DNA of 64,000 bases, taken from NCBI GenBank assembly GCA_964016885.1, contig OZ024741.1, positions 120,962,001 to 121,026,000 on the forward strand, written 5' to 3'. This DNA is from Eledone cirrhosa. Its lineage: Eukaryota. The first letter of the stretch is position 1. The number at the start of each line of letters is the position of its first letter. Position numbers and translations under genes: made by a program. Of this stretch, positions 37,901 to 51,000 are shown piece after piece. The notes under the pieces are model-generated. The model did not search any database. It was not told the origin of the DNA and saw only the letters and a program-made list of their open reading frames with translations.

Positions 37901-40900
37901 CGGGGCTGCCAGACGAACTTAAGGATAGGTTTTACGAGTCCCTAATGCACACTACTGCTCTAACAGACGACAATGACTTCCTAATCATCGCAAGAGATTT
38001 TAACGGACACGTAGGTAAACACTGCAACAGCTTCAATAGAGTACATGGAGGCCATGGGGTTGGCACAAGAAATGAGGAAGGATTCAGACTTCTAGAATTC
38101 TGCGACGCCAATGACATGTCGATATGTAACACAAACTTTAAAAAACCCGACAACCACCTGATCACCTATAGATCAGGGGAGCACTCCAGTCAGATAGATT
38201 TTATCCTCATCAGAGGACGTGACAGATGGACGGTCGTAAACACAAAAGCCTTCCCTAGTGAGGAATGTACATCCCAACATAGCTTAGTTGTCAGCGACCT
38301 CACGGTCAGAACTAGATGAACCAGGAAACAGAGGCCAACCTGGAGAAGAAAGATCTGGAAGCTGAAAGACCCCTCAACCAGTAACAGATTTAAAGATATT
38401 TTACTCAACGCCTACGACAGTAAAGAAGAACAGATAGAGACATTCAATGTAGAAGAGAACTGGGAGTTCCTAAAAAATAATTTACTAGAGGCGACGGATG
38501 AGGTCTGTGGCTGGAGTAAGACCTCAAGCAGGAGGAGAGTGACTTGGTGGTGGAACAATAAGGTAGATGAAGCAGTTAAGGCCAAGAGACAGGCATGGAA
38601 AGAATGGAAGAAGGGGGGGGGGGGTACATTACATAGAGACCAAGAGGGAAGTTAGGCGGCAAGTATACTTAGCTAGGAGGGAAGCAGAGGATAGAAAATT
38701 CAAGCATGTTTTGCAACGTGAGGACCAGAAACAGGAGGTGTTCAAGATTGCGAGGGAGTGTGTCAAAGAGAATTGTGATGTCATTGGAGAGAAGTGTATC
38801 CGGAATGATAAAGGTGAGCTTGCCCTCACAAGTGCTGAGAAGAAAGATGCATGGAAGAGTCATTATGATAGATTACTAAATGAGGAGAATGCATGGGAAG
38901 AAGAGACCCTACCCCAAGTAGACCCTATAGAGAGGCCAGCAGTACAAGTCAGCAGCAACGTAGTAAGTAAGGCAATCAAAGATATGAAGATGGGGAAGGC
39001 AACCGGTCCATCGGGTATAGCTGCCGAGATGCTGAAGGCATCTGGGTCTGTAGGTCACACTATAACCACACGTATTGTTAACCAGGTAATACTAGAAGGT
39101 GTCATACCAAAAGATTGGTGCAGTAGCATCATTGTCAACTGCTACAAAGGTAAAGGTGATGCACTAGATAGAGGAAACTATAGAGGTATAAAGTTGATGG
39201 ACCAGGTCATGAAAGTAACAGAAAGAGTTATAGCACAGTTGATTAGGGACCGGGTGAAAATAGACGAGATGCAATTTGGGTTTGTACCAGGAAGAGGCAC
39301 CACTGATGCCCTCTTCCTTGTGAAGCAGTTACAGGAAAAGTACCTAGCTAAAAGTAAGCCACTCTACTTGGCATTTGTCGACCTTGAGAAAGCCTTTGAC
39401 AGAGTTCCACGTTCTGTAATCTGGTGGGCTCTTAGAAAACTAGGAGTAGATGAATGGCTTGTGAAAGCGGTACAAGCCATGTATAGGGGAGCAGTCAGCA
39501 AAGTTAGGATTAGCAATGAGTATAGCGAGGAATTTAGCGTACAGGTTGGGGTCCACCATGGCTCTGTTCTTAGCCCCCTCCTGTTCATCATAGTCCTGCA
39601 GGCAATAACGGAGGAGTTTAAGACCGGATGCCCATGGGAACTCCTGTATGCTGATGACCTCGCACTTATAGCTGAATCTATGGTAGAACTAGAGAATAAA
39701 TTCCAAACTTGGAAGCAGGGACTAGAAAGAAAGGGTCTCAAAGTCAACATGACAAAGACTAAGGTCCTTGTAAGTAGACGAGAAAACAGAACCCAGATCC
39801 CCTCAGGGAAATGGCCTTGCTCAGTATGTAGGAAAGGTGTAGGTAGGAACTCCATTCTCAGCCCCAAATGCAAACAATGGGTACACAAGAGATGTAGCGG
39901 GATCTCAGGAAGCTTAATTAAGAATGTAGGCTTCACATGCAGCAGCTGTGCTGGGACAGCAAGCAGCAAACAGCCACAGGAAACAAGTACCACCAATCTC
40001 TGGGAGGGCCCTGTAGAAACAGTAGACAGCTTCTGCTACCTAGGTGACCGAATTAGCAGTGGAGGTGGGTGTTCAGAAAGTACAATAACTAGGGTAAGAA
40101 CGGGATGGAAGAAGTTTAGGGAACTACTACCACTGCTAGCTGCAAAAGGCTTCTCCCTCAGAATGAAAGGCAGAGTGTATGATGCGTGTATCCGAACAGC
40201 GATGTTGCATGGTAGTGAGACCTGGGCGCTGAAGGTGGAAGACTTACGTAGATTAGAGAGAAACAAAGTCTGCATGCTCCGATGGATGTGTAACAGTAAT
40301 TTACGTGAACGACAAAGCATAAATGAATTGAGAGAGAGACTGAGCATAAGAGGAATCAAATGCTGTGTGCAGGAGAGGCGGTTGCGCTGGTATGGACATG
40401 TGATGCGTATGAAGGATGACAGCTGCATAAAAAGGTGCAGAGCACTAGAAGTCGATGGAAACCACGGAGTGGGGAGACCCAAGATGACCTGGGATGAGGT
40501 GATAAAAGCCGACCTTACCTAATTACACCTCTCAAAGGCAATGACACACGACCGTGACCTCTGGCGTCACGCAGTAATACAGAGTACCCGACCTCCCATG
40601 GGTACAAGCTGAAGCAAATAGACAATATGCCCCCACACCCCCCACCGCAAGGTGGTCGTGGAGGTGACACGGCAAAAAAGCACCCAGCCCACACTGTAGA
40701 GTGGACGTGTAGGCGCCACGAAAAAGCACCCAGCACTCACTGTAAATGAGGTTGGTGTTAGGAAGGGCATCCAGCTGTAGAAATCAAGCCAAATCAGTTC
40801 CTGTATGAGCAAGGCATGGTCAGCCGACCAGACACTGCCCACAACAGGCCAACCCATCTAACCCATGCTAGCGTGGAAGAACGGACGTAAAACGGTGATG

Positions 40901-43900
40901 ATGATGATGATGACTTTATTACTTTTATTCCCTCAGCACTATGTAAAAGTTCAAGAGATTGACTTTGTATATCCCAAAATGTCTCAACATAGCTAGTATA
41001 TTTGTCCTGTAAACAGACATTAATAGTACCTATAGTATTGGTCCTCATACATATATATTATGTCTGTTATTGGAATTTTAAGAAACTGACAATGTTTATG
41101 TTTGATGTTTGTGATAGCCGTACATGGGTGACTTCTGTGAATTCACTGGTTGGAGTTGGCATATATGGTGTTCATTGTTGAAATTGTTACTGGCTGGTAA
41201 TGTATGCATTAGATGCCTGTGATTGTCATACATGGATGACCTCTGTGAAATCACTGGTTGGAAATGGTGAATCCCCCACCCCTCCTCCGCTTCAATTCCC
41301 TCCTGGGGTGAATGCTGACATAAGTACAAGTAAGTCACTAGTTCTGGACATACTGGTCCTGTGAACATTGCTGTTTCTGACTAACATTCCCTCTAAGTTG
41401 CATGGCTGTTCATTAGCTGTATTGGTGCTGTACACATCATCAAATATTGTGCAGTAGCTGTATTGGTGCTGTACACATCATCAACTATTGTGCAGTAGCT
41501 GTATTGGTGCTGTACACATCATCAAATGTTGTGCAGTAGCTGTATTGGTGCTGTACACATCATCAAATGTTGTGCAGTAGCTGTATTGGTGCTGTACACA
41601 TCATCAAATGTTGTGCAGTAGCTGTATTGGTGCTGTACACATCATCAACTATTGTGCAGTAGCTGTATTGGTGCTGTACACATCATCAAATGTTGTGCAG
41701 TAGCTGTATTGGTGCTGTACACATCATCAACTATTGTGCAGTAGCTGTATTGGTGCTGTACACATCATCAAATGTTGTGCAGCAGCTGTATTGGTGCTGT
41801 ACACATCATCAAATGTTGTGCAGTAGCTGTATTGGTGCTGTACACATCATCAAATATTGTGCAGTAGCTGTATTGGTGCTGTACACATCATCAAATGTTG
41901 TGCAGTAGCTGTATTGGTGCTGTACACATCATCAAATGTTGTGCAGTAGCTGTATTGGTGCTGTACACATCATCAAATGTTGTGCAGTAGCTGTATTGGT
42001 GCTGTACACATCATCAACTATTGTGCAGTAGCTGTATTGGTGCTGTACACATCATCAAATGTTGTGCAGTAGCTGTATTGGTGCTGTACACATCATCAAA
42101 TGTTGTGCAGTAGCTGTATTGGTGCTGTACACATCATCAACTATTGTGCAGTAGCTGTATTGGTGCTGTACACATCATCAAATGTTGTGCAGTAGCTGTA
42201 TTGGTGCTGTACACATCATCAAATGTTGTGCAGTAGCTGTATTGGTGCTGTACACATCATCAAATGTTGTGCAGTAGCTGTATTGGTGCTGTACACATCA
42301 TCAAATGTTGTGCAGTAGCTGTATTGGTGCTGTACACATCATCAACTATTGTGCAGTAGCTGTATTGGTGCTGTACACATCATCAAATGTTGTGCAGTAG
42401 CTGTATTGGTGCTGTACACATCATCAAATGTTGTGCAGTAGCTGTATTGGTGCTGTACACATCATCAACTATTGTGCAGTAGCTGTATTGGTGCTGTACA
42501 CATCATCAAATGTTGTGCAGTAGCTGTATTGGTGCTGTACACATCATCAAATGTTGTGCAGTAGCTGTATTGGTGCTGTACACATCATCAACTATTGTGC
42601 AGTAGCTGTATTGGTGCTGTACACATCATCAAATGTTGTGCAGCAGCTGTATTGGTGCTGTACACATCATCAAATGTTGTGCAGTAGCTGTATTGGTGCT
42701 GTACACATCATCAAATGTTGTGCAGCAGCTGTATTGGTGCTGTACACATCATCAAATATTGTGCAGTAGCTGTATTGGTGCTGTACACATCATCAAATGT
42801 TGTGCAGTAGCTGTATTGGTGCTGTACGCATCATCAAATGTTGTGCAGCAGCTGTATTGGTGCTGTACACATCATCAAATGTTGTGCAGTAGCTGTATTG
42901 GTGCTGTACACATCATCAAATGTTGTGCAGTAGCTGTATTGGTGCTGTACACATCATCAAATGTTGTGCAGTAGCTGTATTGGTGCTGTACACATCATCA
43001 AATGTTGTGCAGTAGCTGTATTGGTGCTGTACACATCATCAAATGTTGTGCAGTAGCTGTATTGGTGCTGTACACATCATCAAATGTTGTGCAGTAGCTG
43101 TATTGGTGCTGTACACATCATCAAATGTTGTGCAGTAGCTGTATTGGTGCTGTACACATCATCAAATGTTGTGCAGTAGCTGTATTGGTGCTGTACACAT
43201 CATCAAATGTTGTGCAGTAGCTGTATTGGTGCTGTACACATCATCAAATGTTGTGCAGTAGCTGTATTGGTGCTGTACACATCATCAAATGTTGTGCAGT
43301 AGCTGTATTGGTGCTGTACACATCATCAAATGTTGTGCAGTAGCTGTATTGGTGCTGTACACATCATCAAATGTTGTGCAGTAGCTGTATTGGTGCTGTA
43401 CACATCATCAAATGTTGTGCAGTAGCTGTATTGGTGCTGTACACATCATCAAATGTTGTGCAGTAGCTGTATTGGTGCTGTACACATCATCAAATGTTGT
43501 GCAGTAGCTGTATTGGTGCTGTACACATCATCAAATGTTGTGCAGTAGCTGTATTGGTGCTGTACACATCATCAAATGTTGTGCAGTAGCTGTATTGGTG
43601 CTGTACACATCATCAAATGTTGTGCAGTAGCTGTATTGGTGCTGTACACATCATCAAATGTTGTGCAGTAGCTGTATTGGTGCTGTACACATCATCAAAT
43701 GTTGTGCAGTAGCTGTATTGGTGCTGTACACATCATCAAATGTTGTGCAGTAGCTGTATTGGTGCTGTACACATCATCAAATGTTGTGCAGTAGCTGTAT
43801 TGGTGCTGTACACATCATCAAATGTTGTGCAGTAGCTGTATTGGTGCTGTACACATCATCAAATGTTGTGCAGTAGCTGTATTGGTGCTGTACACATCAT

Positions 43901-46900
43901 CAAATGTTGTGCAGTAGCTGTATTGGTGCTGTACACATCATCAACTATTGTGCAGTAGCTGTATTGGTGCTGTACACATCATCAAATGTTGTGCAGTAGC
44001 TGTATTGGTGCTGTACACATCATCAAATGTTGTGCAGTAGCTGTATTGGTGCTGTACACATCATCAAATGTTGTGCAGTAGCTGTATTGGTGCTGTACAC
44101 ATCATCAAATGTTGTGCAGTAGCTGTATTGGTGCTGTACACATCATCAAATGTTGTGCAGTAGCTGTATTGGTGCTGTACACATCATCAAATGTTGTGCA
44201 GTAGCTGTATTGGTGCTGTACACATCATCAAATGTTGTGCAGTAGCTGTATTGGTGCTGTACACATCATCAAATGTTGTGCAGTAGCTGTATTGGTGCTG
44301 TACACATCATCAAATGTTGTGCAGTAGCTGTATTGGTGCTGTACACATCATCAACTATTGTGCAGTAGCTGTATTGGTGCTGTACACATCATCAAATGTT
44401 GTGCAGTAGCTGTATTGGTGCTGTACACATCATCAAATGTTGTGCAGTAGCTGTATTGGTGCTGTACACATCATCAAATGTTGTGCAGTAGCTGTATTGG
44501 TGCTGTACACATCATCAAATGTTGTGCAGTAGCTGTATTGGTGCTGTACACATCATCAAATGTTGTGCAGTAGCTGTATTGGTGCTGTACACATCATCAA
44601 ATGTTGTGCAGTAGCTGTATTGGTGCTGTACACATCATCAAATGTTGTGCAGTAGCTGTATTGGTGCTGTACACATCATCAAATGTTGTGCAGTAGCTGT
44701 ATTGGTGCTGTACACATCATCAACTATTGTGCAGTAGCTGTATTGGTGCTGTACACATCATCAAATGTTGTGCAGTAGCTGTATTGGTGCTGTACACATC
44801 ATCAAATGTTGTGCAGTAGCTGTATTGGTGCTGTACACATCATCAAATGTTGTGCAGTAGCTGTATTGGTGCTGTACACATCATCAAATGTTGTGCAGTA
44901 GCTGTATTGGTGCTGTACACATCATCAAATGTTGTGCAGTAGCTGTATTGGTGCTGTACACATCATCAAATGTTGTGCAGTAGCTGTATTGGTGCTGTAC
45001 ACATCATCAAATGTTGTGCAGTAGCTGTATTGGTGCTGTACACATCATCAAATGTTGTGCAGTAGCTGTATTGGTGCTGTACACATCATCAAATGTTGTG
45101 CAGTAGCTGTATTGGTGCTGTACACATCATCAAATGTTGTGCAGTAGCTGTATTGGTGCTGTACACATCATCAACTATTGTGCAGTAGCTGTATTGGTGC
45201 TGTACACATCATCAAATGTTGTGCAGTAGCTGTATTGGTGCTGTACACATCATCAAATGTTGTGCAGTAGCTGTATTGGTGCTGTACACATCATCAACTA
45301 TTGTGCAGTAGCTGTATTGGTGCTGTACACATCATCAAATGTTGTGCAGTAGCTGTATTGGTGCTGTACACATCATCAAATGTTGTGCAGTAGCTGTATT
45401 GGTGCTGTACACATCATCAAATGTTGTGCAGTAGCTGTATTGGTGCTGTACACATCATCAAATGTTGTGCAGTAGCTGTATTGGTGCTGTACACATCATC
45501 AAATGTTGTGCAGTAGCTGTATTGGTGCTGTACACATCATCAAATGTTGTGCAGTAGCTGTATTGGTGCTGTACACATCATCAAATGTTGTGCAGTAGCT
45601 GTATTGGTGCTGTACACATCATCAAATGTTGTGCAGTAGCTGTATTGGTGCTGTACACATCATCAAATGTTGTGCAGTAGCTGTATTGGTGCTGTACACA
45701 TCATCAAATGTTGTGCAGTAGCTGTATTGGTGCTGTACACATCATCAAATGTTGTGCAGTAGCTGTATTGGTGCTGTACACATCATCAAATGTTGTGCAG
45801 TAGCTGTATTGGTGCTGTACACATCATCAAATGTTGTGCAGTAGCTGTATTGGTGCTGTACACATCATCAACTATTGTGCAGTAGCTGTATTGGTGCTGT
45901 ACACATCATCAAATGTTGTGCAGTAGCTGTATTGGTGCTGTACACATCATCAAATGTTGTGCAGTAGCTGTATTGGTGCTGTACACATCATCAAATGTTG
46001 TGCAGTAGCTGTATTGGTGCTGTACACATCATCAAATGTTGTGCAGTAGCTGTATTGGTGCTGTACACATCATCAAATGTTGTGCAGTAGCTGTATTGGT
46101 GCTGTACACATCATCAAATGTTGTGCAGTAGCTGTATTGGTGCTGTACACATCATCAAATGTTGTGCAGTAGCTGTATTGGTGCTGTACACATCATCAAA
46201 TGTTGTGCAGTAGCTGTATTGGTGCTGTACACATCATCAACTATTGTGCAGTAGCTGTATTGGTGCTGTACACATCATCAAATGTTGTGCAGTAGCTGTA
46301 TTGGTGCTGTACACATCATCAAATGTTGTGCAGTAGCTGTATTGGTGCTGTACACATCATCAAATGTTGTGCAGTAGCTGTATTGGTGCTGTACACATCA
46401 TCAAATGTTGTGCAGTAGCTGTATTGGTGCTGTACACATCATCAAATGTTGTGCAGTAGCTGTATTGGTGCTGTACACATCATCAAATGTTGTGCAGTAG
46501 CTGTATTGGTGCTGTACACATCATCAAATGTTGTGCAGTAGCTGTATTGGTGCTGTACACATCATCAAATGTTGTGCAGTAGCTGTATTGGTGCTGTACA
46601 CATCATCAAATGTTGTGCAGTAGCTGTATTGGTGCTGTACACATCATCAAATATTGTGCAGTAGCTGTATTGGTGCTGTACACATCATCAAATGTTGTGC
46701 AGTAGCTGTATTGGTGCTGTACACATCATCAAATGTTGTGCAGTAGCTGTATTGGTGCTGTACACATCATCAAATGTTGTGCAGTAGCTGTATTGGTGCT
46801 GTACACATCATCAAATGTTGTGCAGTAGCTGTATTGGTGCTGTACACATCATCAAATGTTGTGCAGTAGCTGTATTGGTGCTGTACACATCATCAAATGT

Positions 46901-48003
46901 TGTGCAGTAGCTGTATTGGTGCTGTACACATCATCAAATGTTGTGCAGTAGCTGTATTGGTGCTGTACACATCATCAAATGTTGTGCAGTAGCTGTATTG
47001 GTGCTGTACACATCATCAAATGTTGTGCAGTAGCTGTATTGGTGCTGTACACATCATCAAATGTTGTGCAGCAGCTGTATTGGTGCTGTACACATCATCA
47101 AATGTTGTGCAGTAGCTGTATTGGTGCTGTACACATCATCAAATGTTGTGCAGTAGCTGTATTGGTGCTGTACACATCATCAAATGTTGTGCAGTAGCTG
47201 TATTGGTGCTGTACACATCATCAAATGTTGTGCAGTAGCTGTATTGGTGCTGTACACATCATCAACTATTGTGCAGTAGCTGTATTGGTGCTGTACACAT
47301 CATCAAATGTTGTGCAGTAGCTGTATTGGTGCTGTACACATCATCAAATGTTGTGCAGTAGCTGTATTGGTGCTGTACACATCATCAAATGTTGTGCAGT
47401 AGCTGTATTGGTGCTGTACACATCATCAAATGTTGTGCAGTAGCTGTATTGGTGCTGTACACATCATCAAATGTTGTGCAGTAGCTGTATTGGTGCTGTA
47501 CACATCATCAAATGTTGTGCAGTAGCTGTATTGGTGCTGTACACATCATCAAATGTTGTGCAGTAGCTGTATTGGTGCTGTACACATCATCAAATGTTGT
47601 GCAGTAGCTGTATTGGTGCTGTACACATCATCAAATGTTGTGCAGTAGCTGTATTGGTGCTGTACACATCATCAAATGTTGTGCAGTAGCTGTATTGGTG
47701 CTGTACACATCATCAAATGTTGTGCAGTAGCTGTATTGGTGCTGTACACATCATCAAATGTTGTGCAGCAGCTGTATTGGTGCTGTACACATCATCAAAT
47801 GTTGTGCAGTAGCTTTGAATTCAGTAAAAAAAAAAATATTTTGCTCAAAGCATTAAAAATTCTGTTCAATGGTTGAGAAAAATTAAAGAGAATGTTGTTT
47901 GTAACTTATAGAAGGCAGATTTATCATCATCATCGTCATCATTAGTGTCTCATTGTAGTCATTGTTGTCATCATCGTCGCCATCATCATTATCATCATCT
48001 TTG

Positions 48004-48044
<41 letters not shown>

Positions 48045-51000
48045 TTCCACCATTATCATTAACATTGTCATCAACAACATCATCTGCTTCATCATCATCA
48101 TTGTCATGGTCATCTTTATCATCACCACCATCATTGTTATTCATCATCATCATCATCTGCTTTTCCATGCTGGCATGGGTTGGATGGGTTGTACAGACCA
48201 AGTCTACTTAATTGGATTTACTGATCTCTCAGGTTGGTTTGTAGCCTCACAACTAGCTTACATATGTTCAGGCACTTTACAGAGTGGACTAGGTGCATTT
48301 TATTGTGGCACTGCCATTAAGTAGGTTGCCGTGTCATTGACTCAACCAAAGAATCCTCTCACCCTTTATTTACTATTATCTTCACTATTGTCATCAATGT
48401 CTTCATTTTCTTCAGTTTCTTACTTGGGTTGCTATTGATATTGTTGTTGTTGTCACTGTTATTGTTGTTGCTGTTGTTGATATTGTTGTTATTGTCAATG
48501 TTGTTGTCACTGTTATTGTTGTTGCTGTTGTTGATATTGTTGTTGCTGTCAATGTTGTTGTCACTGTTATTGTTGTTGCTGTTGTTGATATTGTTGTTAT
48601 TGTCAATGTTGTTGTCACTGTTATTGTTGTTGCTGTTGTTGATATTGTTGTTGCTGTCAATGTTGTTGTCACTGTTATTGTTGCTGTTGATGTTGTCATT
48701 GTCATCAATTTGTTGTTGCTGTTGTTGATTCTTTGTTGTTGACTTGTTGTTGTTATTGTTGTCATTGTTGATGTTGTTCTTGATTTGTTTTTTGTTATTG
48801 ATGTGGTTGATGTTGTCATTGTCGTTGTTGTTGATGTTTTTAATTTGCTGTTGTTGTTGTTGATTTATTGTTGAAGTTGTCATTGATTTGTTGTTCTTGT
48901 TGTTGTCTTGTTGATTTCTTGTCATTCATTTCTTGTTTTTTATTTATTCAGGGTTATTGAATGCTTAGATTTAACCGTGGTCAATGGGGCCTGCAACCCA
49001 TACGCTGTCATCACACTAACGTTTGGAAAATCTCGGCACAGAGAAGAAGTCAAGCGAACGAGCGTCAAGAAGAAAACAATTTGTCCACAGTTTGAAGAAA
49101 TATTTTTCTTTGATGTAAGTGGCATATTTTTTGTTAAGGAGGTAAGGACAAGGTAATAGAAGTCATAGTTACCTAGGTTTATCCTTGATGGCGTTAGCAA
49201 TGCTGTACAGTGGTGAAGATGGTGGTGGTGGACCTCTCTGTCAAAGGGTTAATTTCTGGCTGGTTGAGTTATTTTATTTAACCTACGCATAGGCAGCAAG
49301 TTAGCAGAGTTGTTAGAACAAAGGATGAAATATGTTGCTGTGATTATTCCAGCTCTTTGCATTCTGGGTTCAAATCTCACCAAAGTCAGCTTTATTTTCA
49401 TTCTTTTGAGAGTTGATAAAATAAAGTTACTGTCAATAGCATTGGATTGGCAGAATTGTTAGAGAATAAACCTTGGTTCCAAATATTTACTTATGTCTCA
49501 TACTTTATGTATTTGAAATGGATCTCTGTCAGTTTAGATGTTCATCGGAACAGCCTGCTTGTGAAATTATTGTGTAAGTGGCTGATCATTCCACAAATGT
49601 GTATTCTTGACATAATTTCAAGAAGATTCAGCATGACACAGTGTGGGACAAGGTTGCCCCTTTGAATTACAGGTACAGTCCACCCGATGGGCGTCCAAAC
49701 AGTTTCTGTTTACCCATTTTCACTCACAAGGCATCAATTGATCCAAGGCTCTGGTAAATGATACCTGCCCAAGATGTCACTTACTGGGATTGGACCTGGG
49801 ACCCAATGATTGTAAAGCAAACTCCTTAATCATTCAGCCATGCTGTCTACCATAATTTCTACAATGATTTTGAAGATGACTTTTTAAAATATGTCACCAG
49901 CTTAATTTAACCTTTTCATTACCAGACTTCTCACGTCTTGAGATGCTGAGGCAGCCAAAGTGCTCCAATGACCACTGTCAGTTGCATCTATCAATACATT
50001 GTTCTAACTATTGTTGATGGATTTCAGGTCCCTGTTGACTGTCTGCTGCCAGTTCATCTTTAGACGTCCTCTTCACCTATTTCCATGGGAGTACCAATAC
50101 AGAACCTGATTAGCATATCTCTCACTTTGGAGTCATCTTGACCTGAATCTATGATAAATGACACTTGCCCAAGATGTTATGCAGTAAGATTAAACCTGGG
50201 ACCCAAGACACGGGAGCTTTTAAGTCTAAGTGTCCTAAACAGCCAAGTCGATGCTTGGATATGATGTTAGACACATGTTGTTGGTGGGTTTTTTTGACAG
50301 ACTTCTTTGTTGGTGGTGAAATTATCCCACCTGATGCCAAGGATTGTGTGTAGGTATTTGGTGTCAAAAACATCAAATTGGTTCTCTTGGCTGGTCTTTA
50401 CACTCCACACACATACAATAAAGCACATTGCTGTTGTAAAATCTCAACTTGGTATCAAGCGAAAGTTTTTTTTCACTTCTCCAGAAACTTTGCCTATTCT
50501 GCAACTAATTTATTTTGCCATGCCCCCCACTTCTGTTGATTGAGTGTCTGAGGTAGATGAAGTCGACCATGACCTCCACATCCGCATCATTTACTGTATT
50601 TGAATTAATTGATGGAGAATTTTGAAGAGTTTAATAAAATTATTTTTTATGTCACTATTAAGGTTCTTATATCAAACTATATTGAAGGATTTTAATTTAA
50701 TTTTTAATATCCTGTACCACATGAAACAATAATACTACAATTTTTAAAAGTACAAAAAACAACACATTAAAATAATGAAAGTCTTTATTTTAATCCTATA
50801 GATTTTTACAATGATGTGTCCACTAGTAAAGATGCTTTAAAAATTTGAACTAACAAACTTGTTCTTAGATATTTTCTGCTAAATCATTACAGAATGATAA
50901 GAATTAGATAGGAACCCTTGGTTTTGTTTCATTGAACCAGAGGTGGTTTTGGGCAGGTTGGTATCAAAAGGGTTTAAAAATGCAGAACATTTCCTCCCCC

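Noticed and set aside
41414-47814. CRISPR array
   Set aside because: Units are contiguous with no unique spacers, there are no cas genes, and the context is a eukaryotic intron; it is a satellite
41690-47876. Cys/His-rich repeat protein ORFs ([14 protein letters not shown]...)
   Set aside because: Chance read-through where a tag->cag satellite variant removes the stop; no splice or coding signal
47883-48925. Poly-Asn/Thr/Leu/His/Ser ORFs
   Set aside because: Trinucleotide low-complexity sequence
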